From IMG/VR virus record IMGVR_UViG_3300048881_000467, positions 1 through 54,642 of that record: a stretch of DNA of 54,642 bases; one strand, given 5' to 3'. The translations under genes and the position numbers were made by a program. The notes under the pieces are model-generated. The model did no database searches and had not been told where the DNA came from. It worked only from the letters and a program-made list of their open reading frames with translations. Positions 21,247-31,234 of this stretch are shown here, piece by piece. The stretch's first letter is position 1. Every line of letters begins with the position of its first letter. The DNA comes from a virus. Lineage: Duplodnaviria; Caudoviricetes.

Positions 21247-22263
21247 TTATTGTTTTATAATTTTCCAACTATTGCGGCCGATAGCCTCAAATTTAATTTT
21301 ATTCTCTTTACAAAAGTCTTGAACTGCTTTTCGAACCCCTTTCCATCTCCAATCATCACCCCACAAAACGCCGCCGCTTTTTATTTTTGAAAACCACAAT
21401 CGTAAATCAGATAAGACGAAATCATAATCGTGATTGGCATCCAAATACAATACATCAATGCTCTCCTCATCAAACCGAGCGTGAACATTATAAGAAAAAT
21501 CTTGGAGCAAAGTAATATTTTTTTCATAAGATTCAACTTGAATAATATTTTCCAAATTCAAGCGTACAGCTTTCAGTTGAGCCTGATTAGATCTGAAATC
21601 ACTAACTGGAATTCGTTGACCTTTCGGGTGGCTGAAGTGGGCTTTAGATAAGTTTTCCCAGGGATCAATGCCAAAAATTTGAGTATTTGTGTTTTGACAA
21701 ATTTCAACAATGGACAATAAACTTGCGCCCCCATAAACGCCGATCTCCACCACTAATCCATTGATTAAGTCCGTAACAAAATTTTTATAAAATTGGTCCT
21801 GTTCGGGAGAGTGCCATCCGTGAATTTTGTGTGTTTTATGTTTGAGCAAGTTTCCTTGGATTTTAAGATCTGGGGTTCGGGAGAACTTATTCTCATTCAA
21901 TAACTCCTTCTCCTCTATAAACATAAGTGTTTTATCCCACGCATTAGAATCGGTTTTGTCAAATCTAATGGCATGATCGTCGATATAATATTTGGCCGGG
22001 TGCTTGATATTTGTAACATCGTCAAAGAAGTGAGATAAATTATATTTCTCTAGCCAATTCCTAATGGGCTCCACGGGGCGGCTTGAAACAATAATTAGAC
22101 GATAGCCATAGCCCTTAAGTTTTTGTAGAGATGGAATGGCTCCTGGCATTGGCGGATCATAAGCATTGTCTAGTCCCTGAAATCCTTTAGAATATTGATG
22201 AATGACGCCATCAAAATCAATTGCTATTGTAGATTCTTTAAATTCGGTTTTAACTTCTTTCAT
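21247..22263 (-). CDS. HAD-like phosphatase fused to class I SAM methyltransferase
   Basis: IDFDGVI and YYIDD; VEIGVYGGAS, GIDPW, YLDANHDY, GDDW. Confidence 0.8.
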   Translation of the reverse strand: MKEVKTEFKESTIAIDFDGVIHQYSKGFQGLDNAYDPPMPGAIPSLQKLKGYGYRLIIVSSRPVEPIRNWLEKYNLSHFFDDVTNIKHPAKYYIDDHAIRFDKTDSNAWDKTLMFIEEKELLNENKFSRTPDLKIQGNLLKHKTHKIHGWHSPEQDQFYKNFVTDLINGLVVEIGVYGGASLLSIVEICQNTNTQIFGIDPWENLSKAHFSHPKGQRIPVSDFRSNQAQLKAVRLNLENIIQVESYEKNITLLQDFSYNVHARFDEESIDVLYLDANHDYDFVLSDLRLWFSKIKSGGVLWGDDWRWKGVRKAVQDFCKENKIKFEAIGRNSWKIIKQ

Positions 22264-22973
22264 TATATGTTAGACGTAATAAAAGCTTCTAAGACCGTGG
22301 CGCTTTTTTCAAGTTCATCAATAGTAGTATCAACAATTAGCGCCGGATCGTTTGGTTCTTCGAATGGGTCTGAAATTCCTGTAAAGTTTTGAATTTCTCC
22401 CGACAATGCTTTAGCATACAAGCCCTTAACATCACGCTCAATACATTTTTCTACAGGACATTTAATAAAAACAGTTTTCGCTCCACAAGTTTCTTCAAGT
22501 TCTTTTCTCAATTCTTCATAGGGATTGATCGCGGACATAATTGTTACCACATTATTCCGAGACAGAACTTTACCAACAAAACCCAATCTTCGAATATTGG
22601 TATTTCGATCTTCTTTCGAAAATCCTAAATCCTTGCATAATCCTTCACGATATTCGTCACCATCAATAATTTCTACTTTGAAGCCCTTTGTCTTTAATCT
22701 TTTTTCAACTTCCCGAGCAAGTGTTGTTTTGCCCGCACCAGACAAGCCAGTCATTTGTATGAACATACCTTTTGTTTTACCCCACTTAATATAATTCCAT
22801 AATCGCTCATGTATAAAAAACATAAGCACTTGAATACTATGATAACATAAAGTTATCAAAGTTGTAAATTTTATATCTCCTGTGGTGGTATAGGTAACGA
22901 CTGTTAACAGAACTATTGCAAATAATCGCCACGAGATAGCTTTCCAAAAGCTTCTTTGTTTTGAATCAATCAT
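22263..22973 (-). CDS. cysC: Adenylylsulfate (APS) kinase with N-terminal DUF2061-like membrane domain
   Basis: TGLSGAGKTT, DGD..R, LGFSKEDR..NIRR, RDVKGLY, FTGISDPFEEP; N-terminal RS..KAISWR...HERLW. Confidence 0.9.
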   Translation of the reverse strand: MIDSKQRSFWKAISWRLFAIVLLTVVTYTTTGDIKFTTLITLCYHSIQVLMFFIHERLWNYIKWGKTKGMFIQMTGLSGAGKTTLAREVEKRLKTKGFKVEIIDGDEYREGLCKDLGFSKEDRNTNIRRLGFVGKVLSRNNVVTIMSAINPYEELRKELEETCGAKTVFIKCPVEKCIERDVKGLYAKALSGEIQNFTGISDPFEEPNDPALIVDTTIDELEKSATVLEAFITSNI

Positions 22974-22983
22974 ATCTTAGCTT

Positions 22984-23751
22984 CTACATCACCACAAAAT
23001 CCACCAGTTCTTTATTTATCTTTTCTATTTCAGATCGAGTTAGGGTTTGTTTACCTTTATTCCTTTTAGAGTGGGGGCCCCTGTATGGAAATGAGGAGTT
23101 ATATTTCTCCACTTCGTCACTACGAAAAGTAGATAATATGCTTTCATAATCTTTTTCACAATATTTTATTTGCATCATTTCACACACATCCTCAATGATG
23201 GGTTTAGGGTTCGTTATAAAATCTTCAAACTGAACCAATTTTATTCTATGTGTTGAATCAATAATATCGACAATATCTTTTCGCCACGATTTTTTATACC
23301 AAGAAATAAATCTTTCCACACTCCACTTACGAGCCTTCATTGAACAAAAGTGGTTTTTTGGATCTTTTCTCATTATTATTATAGGAACGTCTTCGGTGAT
23401 CTTAACAATTTTTGAAAGCTTATAAATGTACATAGGAGTTTTATCTATTAGTCCAGTAGATTTATCGGTGATACAACCTGCCGACTTTCTTAACCCTTTA
23501 TAAAAATCTTCATAAGTGCTTGAGAGCCTAACAAGGTTCTCAAACTCTTGAGGAGGGACTTTCCAATTTTTCTGGCACACGGGTCCGTAAGGATGATATG
23601 ATGGGAAACCTTTGATGCCGCCCGGTGAGCATAAAACTCCACATTCAAAACCGCTTTGTAATCCTTTGGTTGACGTAAACGTTCTGAGGGTAATGCTCGT
23701 GCCACTATGTTCTTGTCCCGTTATAATTAATTTTAAAATATCTCTCAACAT
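22984..23751 (-). CDS. Sulfotransferase-like protein
   Basis: ITGQEHSGTS, DKTP, RKDP, QFEDFITNP. Confidence 0.7.
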   Translation of the reverse strand: MLRDILKLIITGQEHSGTSITLRTFTSTKGLQSGFECGVLCSPGGIKGFPSYHPYGPVCQKNWKVPPQEFENLVRLSSTYEDFYKGLRKSAGCITDKSTGLIDKTPMYIYKLSKIVKITEDVPIIIMRKDPKNHFCSMKARKWSVERFISWYKKSWRKDIVDIIDSTHRIKLVQFEDFITNPKPIIEDVCEMMQIKYCEKDYESILSTFRSDEVEKYNSSFPYRGPHSKRNKGKQTLTRSEIEKINKELVDFVVM

Positions 23752-23769
23752 ATTCTGACCTTTTTTTAT

Positions 23770-24606
23770 TTATCCGGGCCCGTCCCACATTACAATGTTT
23801 TTCTGGGCTTCAGACTTTAGCTTCTCCTCTCCACATTCTTTTCCTTGCGTCACATGTTTCGGCAGGGCCGACTGGATTTTCCATTTGTTATATTTCTCCT
23901 GATTTGGTGAAGGAGGATGTATTATTGAAATATTAGTAGATACACAACAACGATATCCTTTAGTAACTGCTTCATATAAAAAACGACCATCTTCACCAGC
24001 ATATATACCCATTACTCTATACCCACCTAAAATCTCCCACAACTTACGATTAATAAATAGACACCCACCAGCAATCCCGCTAGGACTATTTGGATAAGCA
24101 AGTAGTTCTTCATCACCAAATCTATTTTTGACATAAGTCTCATTTTCATAAACAGAAGAACGATGAGTGCATTGTCCAGTTTGTTGAAGCCCTATGTATC
24201 CAAAAGGTTTGACGTTTCCACCTTCACTAGCCAAACCCATAGCTGCATCTTCCAGTCTTTCAAATAAAAAAGCAACTTCACTATCAAAAACTATATCGGA
24301 ATCAGCAGTTAAGAAAAATTGAAATTCCAATGAAGATATTTTTTTATATAAACCATTTACTACATATGCTTTGCCATAATTTTTGTCATACCTAACAACC
24401 TCAATCAATATTTCATTAGGAATCTCTTTTTTTATAACTTCACATATATTATTCCACATTTCATCGTTGTAAGCCCACCCGCCAAAAATACACTTGACAT
24501 CGAAAGAATATTTCTGGATATATTTTCCAAAAGATTTTATGGAGTCAATATTTTTTTTAAACAATATATTATCAGCGGCAAATATAGGTTGTATATAAGG
24601 GATCAT
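23770..24606 (-). CDS. GT-A fold glycosyltransferase
   Basis: NYGKA, DSD, GGCL, LGGY...YAGED. Confidence 0.75.
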   Translation of the reverse strand: MIPYIQPIFAADNILFKKNIDSIKSFGKYIQKYSFDVKCIFGGWAYNDEMWNNICEVIKKEIPNEILIEVVRYDKNYGKAYVVNGLYKKISSLEFQFFLTADSDIVFDSEVAFLFERLEDAAMGLASEGGNVKPFGYIGLQQTGQCTHRSSVYENETYVKNRFGDEELLAYPNSPSGIAGGCLFINRKLWEILGGYRVMGIYAGEDGRFLYEAVTKGYRCCVSTNISIIHPPSPNQEKYNKWKIQSALPKHVTQGKECGEEKLKSEAQKNIVMWDGPG

Positions 24607-24612
24607 TATTTT

Positions 24613-25263
24613 TTATTGTATCCTTTTCTCTACGGGAATTGTTTTATATTTTTTATATAAAATAAAATCCTTTTCATAAACCGTTTGCAAATAATTACAA
24701 GCTTCGGGTGAATAGTCAACGTTGCCTTCGACCTTATCTGTGGTGTTGTGTTTCCCTAAAGTATACAAACTATTATTCGTGTCATATCCGATCTTTTTTA
24801 AAAACAATGTAAGTTCTACTTCTAAATTATCATATAAAAGAACCACGGACGGATGATGTACCCAGTAATATTGTGGTGTATAAGTCCATTTTTTTTTAAG
24901 CCTTTTTTTTCCAATTTTATGACTAGAAGGGCCCATGCGATTATTGATTTCTTCTAAAACCATGTTCCGATGATGATGGGGTTCATCACCAAGAATCTCT
25001 GCGAACTGGTTCGGATTAACTATTCCCTCACTAATTAATTTTATTATGTGTTTTTGGTGCGCCCAACGAGGATCTTGCATCGCAAAACGGACAGCCGAAG
25101 CAAACCGTTCAAAAGGATTTCTTATAATAATTATTCCATTCCGTATTTTCGATGCTTCGCAACCGTGACCTAAGTAGTTTATTTTCTCTTTGATATCTGT
25201 CTCTGTTATTAATTTGAACACAGAACTCCCCGCGTTTTTTGGTATATGGACAAAATTATACAT
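24613..25263 (-). CDS. Sulfotransferase family 2 protein
   Basis: FVHIPKNAGSSV, IRNPFERFAS, VYEKDF; start may lie upstream (25311). Confidence 0.8.
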   Translation of the reverse strand: MYNFVHIPKNAGSSVFKLITETDIKEKINYLGHGCEASKIRNGIIIIRNPFERFASAVRFAMQDPRWAHQKHIIKLISEGIVNPNQFAEILGDEPHHHRNMVLEEINNRMGPSSHKIGKKRLKKKWTYTPQYYWVHHPSVVLLYDNLEVELTLFLKKIGYDTNNSLYTLGKHNTTDKVEGNVDYSPEACNYLQTVYEKDFILYKKYKTIPVEKRIQ

Positions 25264-25264
25264 A

Positions 25265-26053
25265 TTATATATTTTCTCGTTTTCTGCCCGGTGAGGACCA
25301 TTCTTTATCATATTCTACTTTGTTATATTTTTTCTTTTGTCGTATTTCTGAATCGCTTTGACGCTGTAAATGACCCTTTACCTTATCATCATTAATGGGG
25401 TTCTCTCTATTATATACATACAAAGTATCTGAAATAAAGTGTTGCCGATGAGCTGCCATTTCCAATAACGGAAACATTATCGCTAGGTCGCAAGCGGCTT
25501 TGTAATATTTTCCTTTTGAATTTTTAAACTCCTTATCTTGAATTTTTTTAAATAATCCAAACTTATATGTTCGTAAATGCGAATAACGCCAGGTGTCTTC
25601 TCTAAATGCATTATTATCAATAATTTTCTTGGGACATTTAGTACAATGTCCCAGTTGACCGTGAGGATGATAAACAAAATTCCCATATGTGACTAAGCAC
25701 TTCGTATCTTCATACACTTTAGACACTTTGTCTAAGACTTGTTCATTGTAAAGCCAATCGTCACCATCGACATCAACTATAATATCTTCATCTGATGGTT
25801 GGGAAATCTTAATGCCATTTACTCTATTTTCCATCGCGAATTTTTGAACTTTATTTCTTATTAAAACAAACCTTTCATCTTGGCCGATGGCAAGTTTTGC
25901 TTGTTGGTTTGTTTTATCTTTTGAATTATCATCAATTATTATACATTGGAAATTCCGATAAGATTGGGCTTTTATGCTATCGATACATTTACCAACCCAC
26001 TTTTCAGAATTATAAACAGGAACAATTATTTTAAAATGTAACAATTCTTTCAT
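25265..26053 (-). CDS. Glycosyltransferase family 2
   Basis: IIVPVYN, IIDDNSKD, VDGDD, LYVYN. Confidence 0.9.
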   Translation of the reverse strand: MKELLHFKIIVPVYNSEKWVGKCIDSIKAQSYRNFQCIIIDDNSKDKTNQQAKLAIGQDERFVLIRNKVQKFAMENRVNGIKISQPSDEDIIVDVDGDDWLYNEQVLDKVSKVYEDTKCLVTYGNFVYHPHGQLGHCTKCPKKIIDNNAFREDTWRYSHLRTYKFGLFKKIQDKEFKNSKGKYYKAACDLAIMFPLLEMAAHRQHFISDTLYVYNRENPINDDKVKGHLQRQSDSEIRQKKKYNKVEYDKEWSSPGRKRENI

Positions 26054-26853
26054 ACAAACTCCTTATGTGGAAACGAATTTATCAAAGCTGAAAAATTAAA
26101 ATTTGGCTTACCAACGGATTTAAGAATTTTTTTAGATAAATCAATATTTGGACCGCTTGTCCAATCAATCTTTGTGGGTTTTTCTCTGTCTGTGGACAAA
26201 TAATAATCCTCAAATTTAAAATTGCCACCTCCCAATTTTCCACCAACAGTAATCCACCCCGTAGGGATTTGAAATGATTCTCCCAAAATGATACCATGAA
26301 GCGAACTCGAAAATAAAATCTCACACTTCGTAGATTCCAACAAAACCTTTTCGACTCCATCTAAAATATTTATAATATTTATTTTCTTTTCATTTTTAAA
26401 ATAACTTTTAATTTTTTTATAATCAACAAAGTGAGGAATTATCCCAACATTATATTTTTTCGGTGTTTCAAGATAAGAACTGAAAATCTTCGGCAACAAA
26501 ATCCCCGGATCTCCATATATTTGCGGACAATCAATATTTAGACCCAAAAGCACTTCTCTTGTTTTTGGACCCCTAACTGCAAAAACCTTTAAATGCTTTG
26601 GAGGGCGCAACTTAAATTCTTCTGCTTTTGGAAGACCAGAACCAATAAATCCAGTTCCCCAAACTATATCTCCGGTCTTTGCAAGCTGAAGGACAGATCC
26701 TATAGCAAGCATTTTATTCGTCGTATTTCTTTCACAATGTCTGACATCATATCCAAACATTTTTTTAATTATAATTGGAGAAAGAATATCCCCAAAATTG
26801 GTACGAACACTCCCTTTCCACCAGTACAGATTTTTAATCTTGGTTATTGTCAC
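26050..26853 (-). CDS. Polysaccharide pyruvyl transferase
   Basis: NFGD, VRGPKT, GDPG, IIPH, SSSLHG, FKFEDYY. Confidence 0.85.
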   Translation of the reverse strand: MTITKIKNLYWWKGSVRTNFGDILSPIIIKKMFGYDVRHCERNTTNKMLAIGSVLQLAKTGDIVWGTGFIGSGLPKAEEFKLRPPKHLKVFAVRGPKTREVLLGLNIDCPQIYGDPGILLPKIFSSYLETPKKYNVGIIPHFVDYKKIKSYFKNEKKINIINILDGVEKVLLESTKCEILFSSSLHGIILGESFQIPTGWITVGGKLGGGNFKFEDYYLSTDREKPTKIDWTSGPNIDLSKKILKSVGKPNFNFSALINSFPHKEFV

Positions 26854-27967
26854 CTTTAATCAAACTCCTATGCGATGATTTTTTAGAATTAGCCATACTA
26901 TGGTATAAATTCAGTATCTCCAAATCAAAATGCTTGTCTTTGTTTAAATTCTTAACATATTTTTGCTTGTTCTTAAAATATGTGGGCATATCAAAAGAGG
27001 ATTTAAAATCTTCTAGTTTTCCGTAAAAATCTAACGTAACCAAAGTTCTCAAACATTTCTCGCAAAAAGAACAGTTTCTTGTGGTAGTTGCACGTTTGCC
27101 GGTGTAGGTGCAAACATCGATATATTTGTGGGAAAGAGAATTTTTACTTATCAAAAGTGTTTTTTCTGGTCTACTAAGGGATGAACATGCCAAAATACTT
27201 TTTACATTCTCAGTAGACATTAATGGAACAAGATAGGGATCGGCCAAAGCCAAATCATAAACACTATGGTCTAGCCACGATTGCTCATAAGTAAAACCAC
27301 TAGAACAATAAAATTTAGAAAATAGACGTGGGAATAACAATGGGACAGCTAAATTTCTATAACTATATGTTGCAGTAAATTTCGAATTGAAGCGCCTCCT
27401 GTGAAAATCTGTCAAATTAGACAAAACAGGTAAAAATTTTAAATCTGTATGGCTGAGATATTCTTTTATTATCTCTAGTTTTTTATAAAATCGAGTTTGA
27501 CCTACTTCTCCTGCACCAGTGGCACCAACACAAAAATTAGTAGCATGGGTAATTTTATAAGAATTTGAGCACTCATCACTAAAATAGCGTTGTTCAAAAG
27601 TCGCTAAACTATCCACCCCACAACTCAAAGCACATCCCACCGCTTCTTCTGATGGTAATCGCTGCGAAGAAAGCTCATTAGGAATAACTTTAGCAATTTT
27701 AGTTTTTGGTACAAATATTGGTGTCATAGGAATAATTTGATATTGAAGATTATTCCAAAGCTCCTCAGACATTGTTCCCTTCACTATCATATCTTCTCCT
27801 AGGCGCAGAGCGACGGGAAGCAAAGATAGGACAAAGCAATCAAAACTATAGGTAACATATTCAGCAAACTCGCTAGGAAAAGAATAATAAAGCTCCTGTC
27901 CGTCTACATCACAGCTAATTTTTGCAGTACCATCTCTGGTTTTAAATCTGAGGTTATCAAGAATCAT
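26834..27967 (-). CDS. PP-loop/QueC-like protein, paralog A
   Basis: SCGVDS; R.EK; C-terminal C...NCSFCEKCLRT. Confidence 0.6.
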   Translation of the reverse strand: MILDNLRFKTRDGTAKISCDVDGQELYYSFPSEFAEYVTYSFDCFVLSLLPVALRLGEDMIVKGTMSEELWNNLQYQIIPMTPIFVPKTKIAKVIPNELSSQRLPSEEAVGCALSCGVDSLATFEQRYFSDECSNSYKITHATNFCVGATGAGEVGQTRFYKKLEIIKEYLSHTDLKFLPVLSNLTDFHRRRFNSKFTATYSYRNLAVPLLFPRLFSKFYCSSGFTYEQSWLDHSVYDLALADPYLVPLMSTENVKSILACSSLSRPEKTLLISKNSLSHKYIDVCTYTGKRATTTRNCSFCEKCLRTLVTLDFYGKLEDFKSSFDMPTYFKNKQKYVKNLNKDKHFDLEILNLYHSMANSKKSSHRSLIKGDNNQD

Positions 27968-29120
27968 CCGAACCTCGGTTGAGGAAATCAATCATTTCAA
28001 GATTCATCGGTGTTTTTTCGCCTGGTCCGTGTAATTCTTTCAAATATTGTTTTTTATGTCTTTTGTAAACACCCAGATCAAACACTGTACTATAATTATC
28101 GATCCACCCGTAATAATTCAAAACCACAAGAACAAACATGCACTTTTTACAAAAGGAACAATTTATCCTTTTGGTGTTCGATAGACGCTCGCCCTTCGAA
28201 CCATAATAGTTTCCAGTTCTTAATTCTTTTTGAACTAATTTGCTCTTTGGTCGCCCTAACCAACGTGACTGTTGAACGCAAAGGCCTAGGAACCGATGGG
28301 TGAGTGGATTCCGGTGAATTCGCGCTATCTTCTCAATGCGATTGTATTGAGAACCATGAAGTATGGATTCCAGATTTTCAGTAGACATTAGGGGAACTAA
28401 GAGAGCATCTAAGATACCTATTTGAAAACAATCACGATGCCACCATTGTTGTCTATAAGAATATGTACTCGCCTGATAATATTTGGAGAATAATTTTGGG
28501 AACAACATAGGGATAGAGAAATTAAGAAAAGTCCATATCTGACCGATGTTTTGTACCAACTCTGTTACATTAGAAAAGACAGGAAGGAAGGGTAGTCCAG
28601 CGATATTAGTGTATTCTTTGATGCTCTTGCTGTGTAGCTTCAAGGTTTTCTCGCCCCTGAGTCCATACCCCGTATGTCCTAATTGAGAGATTGTGGCATG
28701 AGTGATCTTATGGGATTCAAGGCAAGATTTATCAAAATAATAATCTTCAAAACAGCAAAGTGAATCGACGCCCAGGGTCAACGCTGATCCAACCGCGTCT
28801 TGAGATTCCAATTTCTTAGAAGATAGTTTATCAGGAAGTATTTTAACAATCTTGCAATATGGGTGGGTCATAATCAAATAGATATTCATTATGCTTTGAG
28901 AATTGTGATACAATTTATTCGATAGTGACCCCTTGATCACAATGTCGCCACCCAACCTCATAGCAACTGGTAGCATGGCGAGAAAAAATGGGTCAAAACT
29001 ATCTGTGACATATTTAGCAAACTCACTAGGAAAAGAATAATAAAGCTCTTTTCCATCTACATCACAACTAATTTTAGTTTGATTGCCATCTTTAACAACT
29101 TTCAAATTATCTAAAATCAT
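27957..29120 (-). CDS. PP-loop/QueC-like protein, paralog B
   Basis: TLGVDS; RIEK; NCSFCKKC; N-terminus closely similar to paralog A. Confidence 0.6.
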   Translation of the reverse strand: MILDNLKVVKDGNQTKISCDVDGKELYYSFPSEFAKYVTDSFDPFFLAMLPVAMRLGGDIVIKGSLSNKLYHNSQSIMNIYLIMTHPYCKIVKILPDKLSSKKLESQDAVGSALTLGVDSLCCFEDYYFDKSCLESHKITHATISQLGHTGYGLRGEKTLKLHSKSIKEYTNIAGLPFLPVFSNVTELVQNIGQIWTFLNFSIPMLFPKLFSKYYQASTYSYRQQWWHRDCFQIGILDALLVPLMSTENLESILHGSQYNRIEKIARIHRNPLTHRFLGLCVQQSRWLGRPKSKLVQKELRTGNYYGSKGERLSNTKRINCSFCKKCMFVLVVLNYYGWIDNYSTVFDLGVYKRHKKQYLKELHGPGEKTPMNLEMIDFLNRGSDDS

Positions 29121-29127
29121 ATTTCTT

Positions 29128-29817
29128 TTATATACTTGTATCTTTAGGTATAAATGAGCCGATATCTTTACGATATATCTTTTTCACTTTTCCCCTTCTG
29201 TCCGTAGCTATATCATAAATAGTTCTGCGCTCGTTGCCGATATGCACGATGCCTAGGCGATCACTCAGTACAACCTCCATAACTTTCGGCGCAATTATAT
29301 CCACATAATCCTTTGAACTCCACTGATCTACAAACGCAGCCTCATAAGGAAAATCATAACCAAAAAAACTTGTCCTAATGACTAAACTATTTTCATAAGT
29401 TCTTACTATTAATTCTGCGGCCGCTTTTGTTTTAGCATATTTAGATAACGGATTAATGGGATCATCAATCGTATAGTTTCCTTTCTCACCATCGAACACA
29501 TAATCAGTCGATATAAAGACTAACTTTTTTCCTAAATCCTTACAACTTTTCAATATGTTTATGGTTCCTAGTACGTTCACACCCCAAGCCAAAGAAGGAT
29601 CATTTTCTGTGGCTTTTACATTGGTTATTGCCGCAGAATGAACTACCGTATCGCATCCTGATTCTTTTATATGATTATTGATCTGATAGGGATTACAAAT
29701 ATCGCAATACTTTGATGGTGGCGCTACAAACTCTACATCGTGAGCTTTCGATATTTTTATAAGTTCATTACCTAATGTTCCCGAACCACCAGTAAGAAAT
29801 ATTTTTCTTAAGACCAT
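29128..29817 (-). CDS. rmlD: dTDP-4-dehydrorhamnose reductase-like
   Basis: GGSGTLG, ISTDYVFDG, YAKTK. Confidence 0.85.
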   Translation of the reverse strand: MVLRKIFLTGGSGTLGNELIKISKAHDVEFVAPPSKYCDICNPYQINNHIKESGCDTVVHSAAITNVKATENDPSLAWGVNVLGTINILKSCKDLGKKLVFISTDYVFDGEKGNYTIDDPINPLSKYAKTKAAAELIVRTYENSLVIRTSFFGYDFPYEAAFVDQWSSKDYVDIIAPKVMEVVLSDRLGIVHIGNERRTIYDIATDRRGKVKKIYRKDIGSFIPKDTSI

Positions 29818-30698
29818 TTGTATATTCCCGTAGGGTAGTTTGGTTTCCACCCCAAATCTCTTAACTTCTTAGAACTAATAGAATAGCGCAAGTCTTGACC
29901 CCACCGATTAGCCACAAACTTAATTGACCTCTTATCTTTATTTTCCCACTCCAAAATCTTTCCAATCACCTGTAGATTGGTCAAATGATTTTCCGAAGCG
30001 ATATTATATACCTCATTTTTTATATCGTTATCTAAAATGGCAAAAATACCATCCACATTATCTTTAACATATGTCCAGTCGCGAACATAAGAACCATCAC
30101 CGTGAACAGGAATTGATTTTCCGTCCTTGAGAGATGATAAACACTTGGGAATCAATTTTTCCTCATATTGGCGCGGTCCATAGTTGTTGGCACTTCTAGA
30201 AATAATATAATCAATTCCATAAGTCCGGTGATAAGAAAGAACCAACATTTCGGCGGCCGCTTTGGTTGCTGAGTATGGATTTGATGGTGTTAGTTTGTCG
30301 TCCTCCGAAAAAGAGCCTTCCATCCGGTCGCCATACACTTCATCGGTACTAATTTGAAAAAACAAAGGTCGATCATATTCAGCTTTGCCTCGAATCAGCT
30401 CTAATAAATTATAGACACCCATTACATTACTTTTAATAAATGGTGCGGTATCTCTTATTGAATTATCGACGTGACTTTCAGCCGCAAAATTAATTACCAC
30501 ATCACAATTTGGAAGATGCTTTAGTTCTGATATGTCTTGCTGAATAAGAGTATAGTTTTCGTTGTTGTCCCACGGCAATTTTTTATGTGAGGCATAATTC
30601 ATATTATCAATATCAATAATTGTGATGTTTCTTTTAAGTGCTTCTTCTACAAAATGAGAACCAATAAATCCTCGACCCCCAGTAACAATAAATTTCAT
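29808..30698 (-). CDS. rmlB: dTDP-glucose 4,6-dehydratase
   Basis: GGRGFIGS, FAAESHVD, STDEVYG, PYSATKA, NNYGPRQ. Confidence 0.92.
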   Translation of the reverse strand: MKFIVTGGRGFIGSHFVEEALKRNITIIDIDNMNYASHKKLPWDNNENYTLIQQDISELKHLPNCDVVINFAAESHVDNSIRDTAPFIKSNVMGVYNLLELIRGKAEYDRPLFFQISTDEVYGDRMEGSFSEDDKLTPSNPYSATKAAAEMLVLSYHRTYGIDYIISRSANNYGPRQYEEKLIPKCLSSLKDGKSIPVHGDGSYVRDWTYVKDNVDGIFAILDNDIKNEVYNIASENHLTNLQVIGKILEWENKDKRSIKFVANRWGQDLRYSISSKKLRDLGWKPNYPTGIYKWS

Positions 30699-31234
30699 TC
30701 CTTCTCCTCATAAAAGAATTTAGGATTCTGCGAATATTCTTTAAAGCTTTGTGCGTCCCAGTCCTTTTGGCTCATTACAATATATGTATCGCTTGCAGAA
30801 GGAACGATGCCTATTTGATCGTCGAAAAAATTAATTCCTGCTTCACATTCTTTATTATAATATGCACTACACTTATACATTACATGCGAGTTTTCAAGTG
30901 CCTCAAAGCCATGAGCGTAGCCGGGTGGAACCCACAACACATTTCCATTTTCTTCAGATAATTCAAATTTCCAATATTTTCCATAATCAGGAGAGCCATG
31001 TCTGATGTCTACAATGTAATCTATAATTTTCCCAGTAACAGCGCGAATGAGTTTACCCATTGGATTTTCCCACTGATAATGGAGCCCACGGGCCACACCT
31101 GCGTATGAAAAAGAGATATTGTCTTGATAAAAATTTTCTCCAAGTTCATCATTTATGGAGCGTGAAAACGATTCATAAAAATAGCCACGGTGATCGGGGT
31201 AAGTATTGCCGGTAAATAATTTATAATTTTGCAT
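30695..31234 (-). CDS. rmlC: dTDP-4-dehydrorhamnose 3,5-epimerase
   Basis: DHRGYFYE, QDNIS, RGLHYQ, VDIR..SP, PPGYAHGF; likely start MQNYK. Confidence 0.92.
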   Translation of the reverse strand: MQNYKLFTGNTYPDHRGYFYESFSRSINDELGENFYQDNISFSYAGVARGLHYQWENPMGKLIRAVTGKIIDYIVDIRHGSPDYGKYWKFELSEENGNVLWVPPGYAHGFEALENSHVMYKCSAYYNKECEAGINFFDDQIGIVPSASDTYIVMSQKDWDAQSFKEYSQNPKFFYEEKE

